Of a stretch of 64,000 bases of DNA, positions 37,442 to 49,400 are shown piece by piece (the stretch's first letter is position 1; every line of letters starts with the position of its first letter). Below the pieces are notes generated by a model. That model saw only the letters and a program-made list of their open reading frames with translations, had not been told where the DNA came from and searched no databases. The DNA lies in assembly GCA_041661265.1 (NCBI GenBank), contig JBAZUT010000001.1, positions 197,310-261,309 on the forward strand, given 5' to 3'. Origin of the DNA: Minisyncoccota bacterium (GTDB lineage: Bacteria > Patescibacteriota > Minisyncoccia > JAHIHE01 > JAGLIN01). The position numbers and the translations under genes were made by a program.

Positions 37442-39547
37442 ATGTCAATGATCAAAAAATTCATAATGATCCTGCTACTGCCAGCTTTGCTTTCCATGGC
37501 GATCTTTTTCATATCGAGCCGGAAACTCAGCGATAATATCGTTTCAATATACAAAAATGGACAATCGGAGATAATGGCGGATAGAAATTCGGGAAAGATC
37601 CTGATAAAAGAGAACCCGTCCGGTTATTTCGCCGAATATTCCGAAGATGTTCCGGATAATTTCAAGGGATACCTTATCGGAAAAGAAGATAAATATTTCT
37701 ATTATCACCGGGGAATAAACCCCATCAGCAGCTTCAGGGCCGCTTTCAATTATTTGTCGGGAAAGAAAAATCTTGCCTCCAGCACGCTCACCCAGCAGCT
37801 TGCAAAAATACTTCTCAAAAACGAAAATGACCGCAGTCTGAAGAATAAGATCACGGAATCCATATATGCTCTCAGCATGGAGATCAACCTCAGCAAGGAT
37901 GACATATTGGAAATGTATGCAAATACCGTCTATTTTGGAAACAAAGCCCAGGGCATAAACGAGGCCAGCAGGCTCTATTTCGGCCTTTCCCCCGGCATGC
38001 TTAGCAAGGAACAGACCCTTCAGCTGATCTCGACGATAAGCGGGCCATCCATCAATAATCCGTTCCTGGTTGAAAACGCATCTTCCTCCAATGATCTGGC
38101 GGGATATCTGAAAATAGAAACTCAAAACATCGAGCCGCTGACAACGGAAGAAATCGCAGCAAAGCGAAAACAGTTCAATGATTACGTGAACGGGACGAAT
38201 CGCTTCGAAATGGAATCTTTGGGGGTCGATTGCGCCGACAGCTGCAACCTTACGATCGACGGCAGCCTAAGCGACAAGGTCAGGGAGATCCTGAAGAGAA
38301 ATCTTCTCTCCTCCAGCGACAAAAAAGTTACGAACGGCGCAGTGGTCGTCATAAAACTTCCTGAAAACGAACTTCTTTCGGTCATCGGTTCTCCGGATCC
38401 AAGATTTGGAGATTACGGCTATCAGATAAATATGGCAAAAGAGCCCAGGCCGATCGGATCAACGATAAAACCGTTTATCTATCTGAAGGCTTTTGAAAAA
38501 GGACTGAGGCCCTACACTCTGGTCGAAGACAAAGAATATAAGTATATGATCGGGTCGGGATTTCCCCTTTATCCCAAGAACTATGACTATCAATATCACG
38601 GCATCGTAAACCTTCACTATGCCCTTTCCAACAGCTTGAATGTCCCGTCCGTTATCGTACTGGAGGACGTGGGCCTGGATAATTTCTATAAATTCATGCT
38701 CGACGATCTGCAGCTCAAACCGGTTCAGGACATGGAGAATTATCAGCTTGGGATCGCCCTCGGAGAATTGGAAACAGACCTTCTTAGCCTCTCCTACTAT
38801 TTCACGATCTTCCCAAGCGGAGGACAATTGCACCCGCTTAAAATATATAAAGATAAGAACGACTTCAAATACAATCTCAAAACCGATTTTTCCCTGAATA
38901 AAACAATTTCCAAAGAGAGCTATGTCCAGCTGATCAACAAGGTTCTCAGCGACAGAAAAACAGGCGTAGAACAGTTCGGGATAAAAAGCAGCCTCAATCT
39001 TCCATATGATAATTACGCGGTCAAGACCGGAACATCAAGAGAGTTTCACGACAGCTGGACGATCGGTTATACTCCTGATTTTCTGGTGGGCGTCTGGGTC
39101 GGAAACAGCGACAACACGCCCATGGATAATGTTTCCGGACAAAGCGGCGCGGGTTCGGTCTGGAACGAGGTCATGTCGCTTATGATGAATTCCGCATATA
39201 ACAAAAAAACTTCCTTTAATTTCAGATACATCAAAGATTATTACGAGAACGATTTCATTGAATATGGACTTGCCGGAGATGACTATGAAAAGCAGAAGAT
39301 GATGCTCATGAAATATAAATTGATCGCAAGCCCTCACGATAACGATACTTTCCTTTTTGAAAATAACACGCAGATCCCCTTGAAGTCGAAAGAGGAAAGC
39401 AAATGGTATATAAATGACGAGCTTCTCGGTTCGGGGAAAGAAATCATATTTGTTCCCCAAAATTACGGAATATACAAAATAGAGGCAGCATCCACTGAAA
39501 GTGAAAAAAAAGAATCCATTTCAATACGCCTCGAAAAAGACCGATAA
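37442..39547 (+). CDS. class A penicillin-binding protein (GT51 transglycosylase + transpeptidase)
   Basis: GT51 motifs EDKYFYYHRGIN, TLTQQLAK, YFGN. Transpeptidase motifs STIKPF (SxxK), SNS, KTGTS. N-terminal TM. 701 aa. Confidence 0.8.
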   Translation: MSMIKKFIMILLLPALLSMAIFFISSRKLSDNIVSIYKNGQSEIMADRNSGKILIKENPSGYFAEYSEDVPDNFKGYLIGKEDKYFYYHRGINPISSFRAAFNYLSGKKNLASSTLTQQLAKILLKNENDRSLKNKITESIYALSMEINLSKDDILEMYANTVYFGNKAQGINEASRLYFGLSPGMLSKEQTLQLISTISGPSINNPFLVENASSSNDLAGYLKIETQNIEPLTTEEIAAKRKQFNDYVNGTNRFEMESLGVDCADSCNLTIDGSLSDKVREILKRNLLSSSDKKVTNGAVVVIKLPENELLSVIGSPDPRFGDYGYQINMAKEPRPIGSTIKPFIYLKAFEKGLRPYTLVEDKEYKYMIGSGFPLYPKNYDYQYHGIVNLHYALSNSLNVPSVIVLEDVGLDNFYKFMLDDLQLKPVQDMENYQLGIALGELETDLLSLSYYFTIFPSGGQLHPLKIYKDKNDFKYNLKTDFSLNKTISKESYVQLINKVLSDRKTGVEQFGIKSSLNLPYDNYAVKTGTSREFHDSWTIGYTPDFLVGVWVGNSDNTPMDNVSGQSGAGSVWNEVMSLMMNSAYNKKTSFNFRYIKDYYENDFIEYGLAGDDYEKQKMMLMKYKLIASPHDNDTFLFENNTQIPLKSKEESKWYINDELLGSGKEIIFVPQNYGIYKIEAASTESEKKESISIRLEKDR

Positions 39548-39901
39548 TGCTTCCTCGTTAACCATCCGCTAACACATCCCCGCCATTGAAAAAAGAAAAT
39601 GCTACACGACATTTTTTTTGTTTTCTCGCCTTTAAACACGGGTTATTGCTCAGAAAATACAGCATATCGTAATACGCAACAGCCATCCAAAGCAATACCC
39701 CCGTCTCCTTCAAAGACCCTTTCTGTCTTTTTTCCGCCCATAATCGGGCCAGTATATTCAAGTCCAAATTGCATATTTCTCCATCTCATGATCTTTTTGC
39801 TTTCCACAATAATAAATAATGAACGTATTCGTCTCAAAAAAAATACCACGCCTGTAGTATGTTTCAACGATGATCGAAGTTGAATCCGAGCCCGGACGAC
39901 A

Positions 39902-41839
39902 CTACCCTCCAAGCCCGAACCCTCTCACAAACAAAGGCGCCGCTTGATCCGATGTTTTGCCATCGGAATCTATCGGGACCTGTGAAATATTTTTCGGCCA
40001 TGGCAAGGGCAGCTTCCCCGTGAACGGCACATCGCCAAAAATAACATCAGCCACGCCTCTTCCTTCGCTTCCGGGCAACCAGGCGGCAACCAGCGCATCC
40101 CAGTCGCTTATCAGATCCGAAATAATGAGCGGGCGCCCCGAAACGATGATCACAACCACCCGTTTGCTCTTCTTTCTAAGATTGTTAATAGCGTCGATAT
40201 CGGATCTGTCCAAGGTCGGATTAGCATTATCTCCCCAGCCTTCCGTATAAGGTTTTTCACTGACCACGGCAATGCCGATTTCAGCCTGTCCCGTCTCCCC
40301 CGCAAAATTCCCGGAAGCATCAAAAACCACCTCGGTCGACGAAGCCACCGACTCCTTTATTCCTTTCAGGATCGAAGTTGATCCGGGAAGCCAATTGCCG
40401 TCAATTCCCTGCCATTCCACCGTCCATCCGCCGCATTGCCGTCCCACATTATCGGCGCCGCTTCCGGACACAAGGATCTTATTGATATTTTTTGAGAGGG
40501 GCAATAAGCCGTTTTCATTCTTCAGGAGAACCAGCGACTTACTTACGGCTGTCCTTGCCAACGCCCGATGAGCATCAGATCCGATAACGGACAGATCATG
40601 CTTAGCATCTTTTTGATCGAACAGTCCGGCCGCGAATTTTACGCGCAAGATCCTGCTCACGGCGTCATTGATCCTCTCCTCACTGATCTCGCCTCTTGCC
40701 ACCGCCTTGTTCACGTTCCTGATGAAAGGCTTATATTCCAAGGGAAGCATAACCATGTCAACTCCGGCATTTATCGCCCTAACAGCCGAACGATAATCGT
40801 CATTTTTTACAATCTCATAAACGCCATACCAGTCGGAAACGACAAATCCCTTGAAGCCAAGTTCTTTTTTCAGAACGTCTGTGATCAAGTATTCATTCGC
40901 CGCCAGCTTTTCACCTCCCCAGCTGTTCAGCCCGACCATAACCGTCAGCGCACCCGAGTTCACAGCTGAGGCGAACGGAGGCAAATACTCCTTCCGTAGC
41001 GCATTTTCATCGGCAGGAGTCGCTCCCTGATCTATCTTAAATTTTTTATTCGTTGAAGTGCCCCAAAGCGCCGCGCCTGTTCCCAGATAGTGCTTGGGTG
41101 TGGCCAGGATCATCAGACCGTCCTGGCGGTTTGTCTGCAATCCGGTAATGAACGCCGAGCTTAAATTTTCAACCAATAACGGATCGTCTGAAAAAGCCTC
41201 ATAGGTTCTGCCCCACCGGAAATCTTTCGGCATATCCAGAGTGGGAGAAAAGATCCAATTCACTCCCGTAGCTCCAACTTCCTCTGCTGTCGCTCCGGCT
41301 ATCTCGCTCACCAGCTTCGGGTCTGAAGCGGCGCCAAGACCTATGAAGTGAGGATATATTACGGCGCCCGGAACATTTCCATGGCCGTGATTTGCGTCAA
41401 TGCCATATAAAAGCGGTATGCCGAGGCGCGTCTGTAATGCCGCATTTTCCAGCTCAGTCACCATTTCAAGCCATCCTTCCGGCGTGTTTTCTTTTGGTTT
41501 CCCTCCGCCGCCGCTCAGCATTGCGCCCAGGCCATACTGTGTTACATCATTGCTATCTTTTACACTATTCTTCTCCATCAAAGCCATCTGTCCGATCTTT
41601 TCCCTCAGACTCATTCTCCTGAGAAGATCATTTACCCTGTCTTCGATAGGCAGCCCGGCCTGACGATAAATTGCATTGGCTTCAGGAGGGAGTAGTTCCG
41701 GAGAAAAATCAGTGCGGTCTATCATCGTCAGCGCCACTGCCGCCAATATCAGCAAAACCGCTATAGTTAAAATAAAATCCCGATGTCCTATCATCGTTTT
41801 ATTTTTCCGAACATTGGAATTATGCCTGAAAATACTCAT
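39902..41839 (-). CDS. glycoside hydrolase family 3 (beta-glucosidase/beta-hexosaminidase-like)
   Basis: KHYLGTGA. GFVVSDW (catalytic Asp region). Two-domain GH3 layout. N-terminal TM/signal. 645 aa. Confidence 0.8.
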   Translation of the reverse strand: MSIFRHNSNVRKNKTMIGHRDFILTIAVLLILAAVALTMIDRTDFSPELLPPEANAIYRQAGLPIEDRVNDLLRRMSLREKIGQMALMEKNSVKDSNDVTQYGLGAMLSGGGGKPKENTPEGWLEMVTELENAALQTRLGIPLLYGIDANHGHGNVPGAVIYPHFIGLGAASDPKLVSEIAGATAEEVGATGVNWIFSPTLDMPKDFRWGRTYEAFSDDPLLVENLSSAFITGLQTNRQDGLMILATPKHYLGTGAALWGTSTNKKFKIDQGATPADENALRKEYLPPFASAVNSGALTVMVGLNSWGGEKLAANEYLITDVLKKELGFKGFVVSDWYGVYEIVKNDDYRSAVRAINAGVDMVMLPLEYKPFIRNVNKAVARGEISEERINDAVSRILRVKFAAGLFDQKDAKHDLSVIGSDAHRALARTAVSKSLVLLKNENGLLPLSKNINKILVSGSGADNVGRQCGGWTVEWQGIDGNWLPGSTSILKGIKESVASSTEVVFDASGNFAGETGQAEIGIAVVSEKPYTEGWGDNANPTLDRSDIDAINNLRKKSKRVVVIIVSGRPLIISDLISDWDALVAAWLPGSEGRGVADVIFGDVPFTGKLPLPWPKNISQVPIDSDGKTSDQAAPLFVRGFGLGG

Positions 41840-41964
41840 ATCCGGACAATGATAATGAAATTTGCGCCGATATGCTAAAATATAATCCTGAGAATAACAA
41901 TGAATTAAACTGCTTCATATCGTCAAAAACATCCGGAATGTTCTGATTATCCAGTCCATGGAAA

Positions 41965-43344
41965 CTACCATCCGAATTGTCTCCCGACCTCTTCCGGAGT
42001 TTCTCTTTTTCGAGCCATCGTCAGGATCCCGTTCTGAGCAATGACCTTGGCCGGAGAAGAGAGCAGACAATGATGCGAACTCAGCGCATCCTGATAGGCT
42101 CCCGTATCGAAAACAGCCAGATATTGCGGCTCTTTTGGATCACCCTCTTCCAGACCAGGAAGCAGGACATAATGCCCGCCTGCAGTATATTTGTCATCGG
42201 AATCACAGCTTGATCCCGCAAGCCAGACTCTGTTGAATTTTTTCGCGTTCATGTTATTGACCGGAGTCACGTGCCACTTCTGATGTATCGCCCACGTATC
42301 CGAAAGATCATTAATGAAACTTCCGTCTATTATATACCATTTCTTCGCGGGCCCTTTTTCGATGTTCTTCTGGTGGATCACTTTGAAGATGGTGATCTGC
42401 GCCGGAGCGACAAGGAACCTCCCCCACTCGACGATAATATCCGGAGGCTCGATGTTTTCCTTTGCGGATATCTCGCTCAAGGTTTTGATTATATTCTTGA
42501 CGACCCCCTCCGTCGGATACATTTTCTTTTTCTCATAAGGCACTGCGAATCCTCCTCCGATATCAACCGCATCAAGCGATGGGTTGACTTTTTTCAGCTT
42601 GACATACAGATCCATCATACCTTTGAGGAGAAGCACGAGATCCTTTGATTCTTCGATCTGCGAACCGATATGGCAATGCAGTATCTTCAGATTCTTTATC
42701 CTTCCGACATTCGTTATTTCCGATTCGGAAAAACCGAACCGATTGAATTTTTTATCCCATCTCGATTTCACTTTCACATCTACGTCTATCCTGATCCCAA
42801 GGTCGCCCACCAGTTTCGCGCACTTCGGATCAGTAAAATAGGCCAATTCATCTTCGTCTTCGATTATTGGAATGATGTGAAGTCCCCGCGATTTGAGATC
42901 GGAGATCAATCCCAGATATGCCTTCGTTTTCGGACCGTTGCATATGACCCTGATCTTGGAGCTGAACTGATCCTGTTCCCACAATTTTTTCACAAGCCAC
43001 AATTCATTCGCAGAGCTTACTTCGAGATTTCCCCCTTCGCTGATGATCGGCAGAACAAACTCCTTGTTCTGATTGACTTTCATCGGATAGTGATAAAGAA
43101 ACCGGCCATGATAGTTATAGAACTTTATGTACCGGTTGAACTCATCGAACAGATTATTCAGCCTTCTCTCGATCACAAACGGAAAGGTCACCTCAAGCGG
43201 ACTTCCGAAACGCTTTATAAGGTCCATTGCGTTATATTGGTAGTTCCCTTCCCTGATAATCAGTTCTCCTGATTTGTTGATATCGAAAATTTCGGTATTG
43301 AACTCTTTCTTTCCGAATTTCCAGAACTTCTTATAATTTTTCAT
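41965..43344 (-). CDS. PLP-dependent Orn/DAP/Arg decarboxylase family 2; arginine decarboxylase-like (compact)
   Basis: N-terminus W.FG...F.I...G.L..R matches the SpeA pattern. YHYPMKVNQ (PLP lysine). HCHIGSQ. DIGGGF. GAYQDA. 459 aa. Confidence 0.6.
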   Translation of the reverse strand: MKNYKKFWKFGKKEFNTEIFDINKSGELIIREGNYQYNAMDLIKRFGSPLEVTFPFVIERRLNNLFDEFNRYIKFYNYHGRFLYHYPMKVNQNKEFVLPIISEGGNLEVSSANELWLVKKLWEQDQFSSKIRVICNGPKTKAYLGLISDLKSRGLHIIPIIEDEDELAYFTDPKCAKLVGDLGIRIDVDVKVKSRWDKKFNRFGFSESEITNVGRIKNLKILHCHIGSQIEESKDLVLLLKGMMDLYVKLKKVNPSLDAVDIGGGFAVPYEKKKMYPTEGVVKNIIKTLSEISAKENIEPPDIIVEWGRFLVAPAQITIFKVIHQKNIEKGPAKKWYIIDGSFINDLSDTWAIHQKWHVTPVNNMNAKKFNRVWLAGSSCDSDDKYTAGGHYVLLPGLEEGDPKEPQYLAVFDTGAYQDALSSHHCLLSSPAKVIAQNGILTMARKRETPEEVGRQFGW

Positions 43345-43452
43345 CTTTTTGGATAATTATTATGCTATGAATAACAATATAGAACTATTTGGACATTTTG
43401 TAAACATCGAAAAACGCCAGGAGCTGTTCCTGACGTTTTTTTTTGCGGATCA

Positions 43453-46400
43453 CTACTTTATTTCAAAGTAATCTCCCCTTGTACGCCCGAAATTTTCCGG
43501 AAAATACATTTCGGAAACTACGGCCGGGAGGTGATGGAACTTTCCGGGAACCAGAACCCTGACATAATAGTCGTACTCATATTCACCCTCGCTTAATCCT
43601 TCAGTGAAAAGGAATAGCCGGTCATTCCTGTATTCAACCATATCCGGATGGAGTTTGCCGTCATTATAGTAATCCCACCAATAGTTGTCCCTGTTATTGT
43701 TCCCGTCCTCTGCGATCAAAGACTGATCCTCGGTAGCCAGATTGAAATTGACAAGCTCTGTTCCTGCCGGTATGAAATCCTCGACAGAGACAAAATTCCT
43801 TTGTGCCGGAACAAGGAGCTTTATATGTCCCCTGAGAACGTCTCCGACCTTCGCTTCTTTTATCGGATTCTCATTCTTCTTGTCATCGATCGCAAAGAAA
43901 TCCCTTTCGATCGTGAAGCCCTCGTCCCGAGGAGGTATCTGATTGATGGGGAGAAAATATTTCAGCGAGATGTCATAATAGAAATTATTATTCAACTCAT
44001 TGTTGTCCTTTTTCCGGAACAATATGCTGCCGATCGAACCGAATTTCATTTCACCGACAGGCACTTCAAGGCTGTTTTGGCTGAGAACGGTTTCAGGCGT
44101 ATAACCGAATGACTGCTTCTCAACTCCATCCAGAAGGATCGTAAGATCGAAATTGGACTCATTCTCCTTCTGCCAATTTATATAATCCGTAAACGCATCG
44201 ATCACCGAAAGCGTGTTGTTCGTCGATCCCCACGCTCCATCTTTGCTCCTCGAGCGGAGGAGCCATCTCATCAGACGGTCCAGGATCTCATTATCTTTCT
44301 TATCCTCGACCAGGACCTTGAGAAGCATCGCCGTATCCTTGATCGGCGTTGCATAATATTGCCAGGTCACATTCTTCGCAGGCGGAAGGAAAGCGCCCCT
44401 TGAATCGATATCGATCCTGTTCTCCAGGATATTGAAGACCTTCGCTTTATAATTTTTTCCGAATGCCGCCTCATTCTCAACGAGAATGGAAGCCAGGGTC
44501 ACAAGCGAAGTGTTGCTTATCTCTTCGTTCAGATATTTGTCATCGTTATTTATCGCCTTGATATAACTCGTCAGATTGTCGCTTATCTTCCCGTAATCAC
44601 TAAGTTTTGTCAGAGTGCCGAAGGCAAGTATCATAAAATCTCTGTCTTTCTGGAGATCCGTATCATAGCTGACCTTGTTGTTGATGTAATTAAAGGACCG
44701 CCTCAAACTATCCTCGTTTACCGCATAGCCGGCATCCTTCAGACTTTTTATGGTACTTGCAACATGCAAAGTCAGATAAACATTAGGCAAGCTGTCCGGA
44801 TAATAGCCGAAGCTTCCGTCGCCTTTCTGATTCAGATAGAGCCTTGAAAGTCCAATATCAACAACTTCATCGACCGTATATTCCCTCTGATCGAATTCTA
44901 TATTCTTGAGATTGAATTTGTCCCCGATGTTCTTGAGATTCAGCCCGCGCTTCACCACTGCGATAGAATCGAGTTTGCTGGCAACCTGCTCGCTGCATCC
45001 ATAGGGATAGCCGAGAAGATAATTAAGGGCATCAGAAATGAAGACTGCAAGGGTCGCGCTCGTCTTTATCGTCATCTCTCCCCTGTCCTTGACCACATTA
45101 TCCGGGAGATATGAGAACTCGAAGACTTCCGGATCCTTGGAGTATCCGCTCGTAGCCGTGGCTTCATACGTCTCGTTTCTCGCCACCTTGATCGTATTCT
45201 CAACGGTATCCTCATAGTCCTTACTCTTGGCGGCCAGCGTAAATGTGTGAGTTCCATCCTGTTTATCGGAAGATGCCGCTACATTGAAATATATCGTATT
45301 GGATTCTTTAGCGGCAAGCGTTATATCCTTTACACTTTGATCATTTTTAAGCGCAAGCGTTTCGCTGGAAAAGCTGACAGAAAGATCCAGCGCATTATTC
45401 GTCTGATTGAAGATCTTTGCGCCGATCATAAATTCATCTCCTGGGATCGCAAAACGGGGCTTGAGAGGCACCACCATTAGGTCTTTGCGGCTCGTGAATT
45501 CGCTGTAACCCACTCCAAGCTTCGTATCTTTGGTTATACCGATGGATTCAACCTGCCACGAAGTGAGATTGTCCGGTAATTTGAACTTAACCTGAGCCTT
45601 TCCATCGGCGTCCGTAACAACGACTGCCTGCCAGAATGCCGTATCTTTGAATTCGCCTCTTTTTTTCTTTGCAAGATCCTCCGGCTCTCCTCCGCCTCCG
45701 CCCTTGGTCTCGCCCGGCACATTCACTTCATACAATATATCTTTCATGCTGCTTGAGGTTGAGATCGTGAGCGGAAATCCTCCATAAAAGAACACTACCG
45801 GATTCTTCTTCGGATTGCCCTTCAAAGCAAGAACGCTGAGGTCCGCAACGGAAACCGAAAATTCGGTTTCAGCCGGCCTGCCCTCAAAGTCCTTGGATTC
45901 AAAATCTATGGTCACTTCTTCGCCCGGAAGATATTCGGTCTTGTTGGTCTTGGCCGATATATCCAATTCTTTCTTTTCGGTGTCCACCTGAAAATCAAGC
46001 TTGGCGAACCTTACCTCCGGATCCGGTGAAATGAGGATCGCGGTCACGAAGAAGTTGGGAATATATTCCGGAAGAATGTCGAACTTATAGTCGAAAAGGT
46101 TCTGATTCACATCGATTATTTTGTAATCGAATATTTTTCCTCTTTCGATGCTTATAAGCACCTTTGCCCTTTCATAAGGAGATTTGATGACGATCTCGCC
46201 CTGGTCGCCCACCTTCAGACTGTTCTTTGCTGTGATCATTTCGAGCGCATTGTCATTCGAAACCCTAACATCGACTTGCGCCTCCCCATAAACATACATG
46301 TTGTAATTGCTCTCGATCGAATTGCCCTTGGCATCCTGGCCCGAAACCGTAAGCTCATATTCCCCTTCCTCGGCAAGCGACAGCGAATCCTTCCAGTTTC

Positions 46401-49400
46401 CGTTCTGATCCGTACCGATCTCCTGTTCGCTCACGGAAGTAAGTTTCCTTTCCCAATTGTTATAATATCCTCCATCGACTTCCTGCCTCTTGTTCTGCAC
46501 CCATTCCACTTTGCTCACTTTCAATTTCACGCCGCCGATCTGGACATTCTTTCCCATGGTATCCACCGATTTCACTTTCACATCGAATCTCTGATTCTTT
46601 CCCACAAAATAGTCGCTCGCACTTATTCCGAGATAGAAGTCCCCTTTATGCACAATGAAAGATTTCTGGCTCGAAACGGACTGGCCGTTCCTGTTCTTCA
46701 CCGTGATATACGCAACGATTATTTTGCTTTTCGTATTTTTTTCGTCCTTGAAGATCTTCTCAAGGTCCAGATTGTAGGATATCTTCGCTTTTCCGGCCTG
46801 ATCCAAGCTGGCCTTGCTTCGAAGGATGAATTTGTTGCCATAACTGCAATCCCAGTAGCAATAATACCAGGGCATGCCGAAGTTGAAATATTCATCCTGA
46901 TATCTGTCGAAATAGTAATCTTGGCTGGCAAGCTCATATTCAACCTCCCCTCCTTCAAGGGGAGCGCCAAAATAATAACTGGCATCAATGTTCAGATTCA
47001 TCGTATCCTTAGAGACATATTCCTCTTTGTCGCTTATCACGTCAACTTTGAACGGAGCCGGAACATATTCCTCCACGTCGAAAAAGGCGCTGCTCCCCTT
47101 GGCGTCCATCCTATAAGTTCCGAGCGGAGATTTTTCATCAAGTATGATCTTCGTATTGAACGTTCCAAAATCATTTACATCCAGGTCCTGGTTGAATATT
47201 TCCTCGCCTTTGCTGTTATAGATCTTGAAAGGCATCTTGCTGTCTTTGATTATCTCATAATTCGCGTCATAACCCAGCCTGTAAAGCCCTTTGATGTTCA
47301 CCTCGTCCAGCGGTTTATAGATGGGCCGATCGGTATACATATATATTTTCTGCGACTGCATGGCGGTCGAACCATATTGGAATTTGTCATAGGAGCTCGT
47401 TCCGGTTATGACAGTACTGTCACTTCCCTTTGTCACAATGGCTCCACTGAGGTTGCTTACAGCTCCCATTTCCGCAATTCCCTGGCCGTTCGTCACAAAT
47501 GAACTTTCTTTCTTCAGGGCCAAATTATTGATCTGAGAATACAACTGGATATTTGCGCCCTCGATCGCTCCAAGCGTTTTCATATCAGTCACCCAATAGA
47601 CATTCTTGAGCCCCTTCTTCTGATCGTCCGTAAGATCGCTGTTGCTGTAATAGTTTCCGGAATCAACCTCAACCTTCTTTTCCACTATGCCCATATTGGT
47701 GACGGAGAGGTATGTTCTTTCATAGACCATCCTGTTCTCTCCCCATCTTTCCCTGTATTTCGGATTTGAGAAGGTCAGGATATAATGTCCCATAGGATCT
47801 GAGACATAATCGCCAAGGTCGATCTTGAAATAGTTCTTTATCCAATATTTTTTGGGCAGGGTTATCTTCTTGTTTATGCTGTCATCGCAGATGGATCCTG
47901 GAGTGGGGCTCGTGTAATTTAGACCATGTCCGGACATATGATCAAGAATGGTTTCCGCGCTTATTTCGCAGATATTCATATCCACATAGTCCATATTCTC
48001 AACGGCATATGTGAGCTTCGTTTTGTCGGGAGTTGTCACATTGTGATTCTGCTGATAATGGAAAAAATTCAGATAATCTTCGGGAATCGGTCCTGTTTTG
48101 AAATTTCTTTTCACGACCGTTTCGCGCGAGAAATTATCAACTGCCTTGATCTCGACCGAATAATCGGTTTCCGGCATGAGGCGATATCCGATCCTCGTTT
48201 CAAACTCCCCCGCCTTGCAGATGTAATAACCCCAATTCTGCTCAGGAACAAGAACAGGATTCTGCCAATTCCGGAATTCATATTCAGGAGAGATATTCAG
48301 ATATGAAGCCGCATCTGCGGCGCTTACGGAATTGATGGGACTGTTGGCGCAGATCACAAATTCGTTAAGGCTTGTTCCATTGGCCCAATCACCGGGCACC
48401 GTGCTCAGGACCCTGAGATCAGGAATGACATTTATGTCTTCGATGATCGGAGAATTATTCAGAACAAGGCCGCTTGTGTTCTTCACTGCGTTCAGATATA
48501 TTTTCAACACATCATAATTCTTTATATTCGCAGAATCGAAAGTGAAATATATTTTTTTCAGGTCTGTCTCTTTTTCGCAATCCTGGCCGGAATCAGCAAG
48601 CGCCTGATCAGCGTCCTCTTTGCACTTTTCGCCATAATTCATACTGATCTTTTTGTCGGCATCGATGACGCTGTTGGTCAGGTCGATATCTTCATAGAAC
48701 TCGATCCAGAGCTTTCCCTGCGAATCGAAAAATGTCGGGGTTGTGAAACTTGACCTGTCGGATGTGGCGCTGATGCCGCTTATTATATCCGTGACCTGGA
48801 TGACAGCTTCCCTCGGCTCTTCAAGATTTATATCTCCTTCCTGGGGATAGGCGCGCGCGATCGACACCCGATAGGAATTTTTGAAATCCCAAAGCTTTTC
48901 GCGTCCGAACTGGTCAAACTTGTTGTACACGAATACCCTCGATTGATTGATCACGCGATCGTATTTTTTCGTCTCTTTATTATAGACATTGTCATATCCG
49001 TATTCAGCGATGAATTCCGCCTCTTTGTTGTCGGTTAGATCCATGACCTTTATTTCCGCTGCCGTCCTCGCGAGATCGACCGGCTGATTGAAATCTATGG
49101 ACACGGGATCGCTATAGACCGTAATCCCCTCGGAGATCCCGTTATACCTCAATACTCTGGTCTTGAACTGACTCTCAAAGCCTTCGATGTTTAAACCGTC
49201 CAGCGAATAAAATTCCGGCCTGACCTTTACATCATAATTTGATGAGCGAACGAGCCTCTCCGTCGGAATGAATTGCAACGTCCTTGTCCCGATCCATTTG
49301 AACTTTCCTTCGGTCTTCGGAGTTATCTCGATCGGAATATCGAAACTTTCAAGAACATCGAGTGTTGTGATCGGAACCATTGGTCTGTTGAACATCACGG

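Noticed and set aside
46276-47502. 408-aa plus-strand ORF inside the A2M gene
   Set aside because: It is embedded antisense to the 2149-aa ORF that carries the CxEQ motif.
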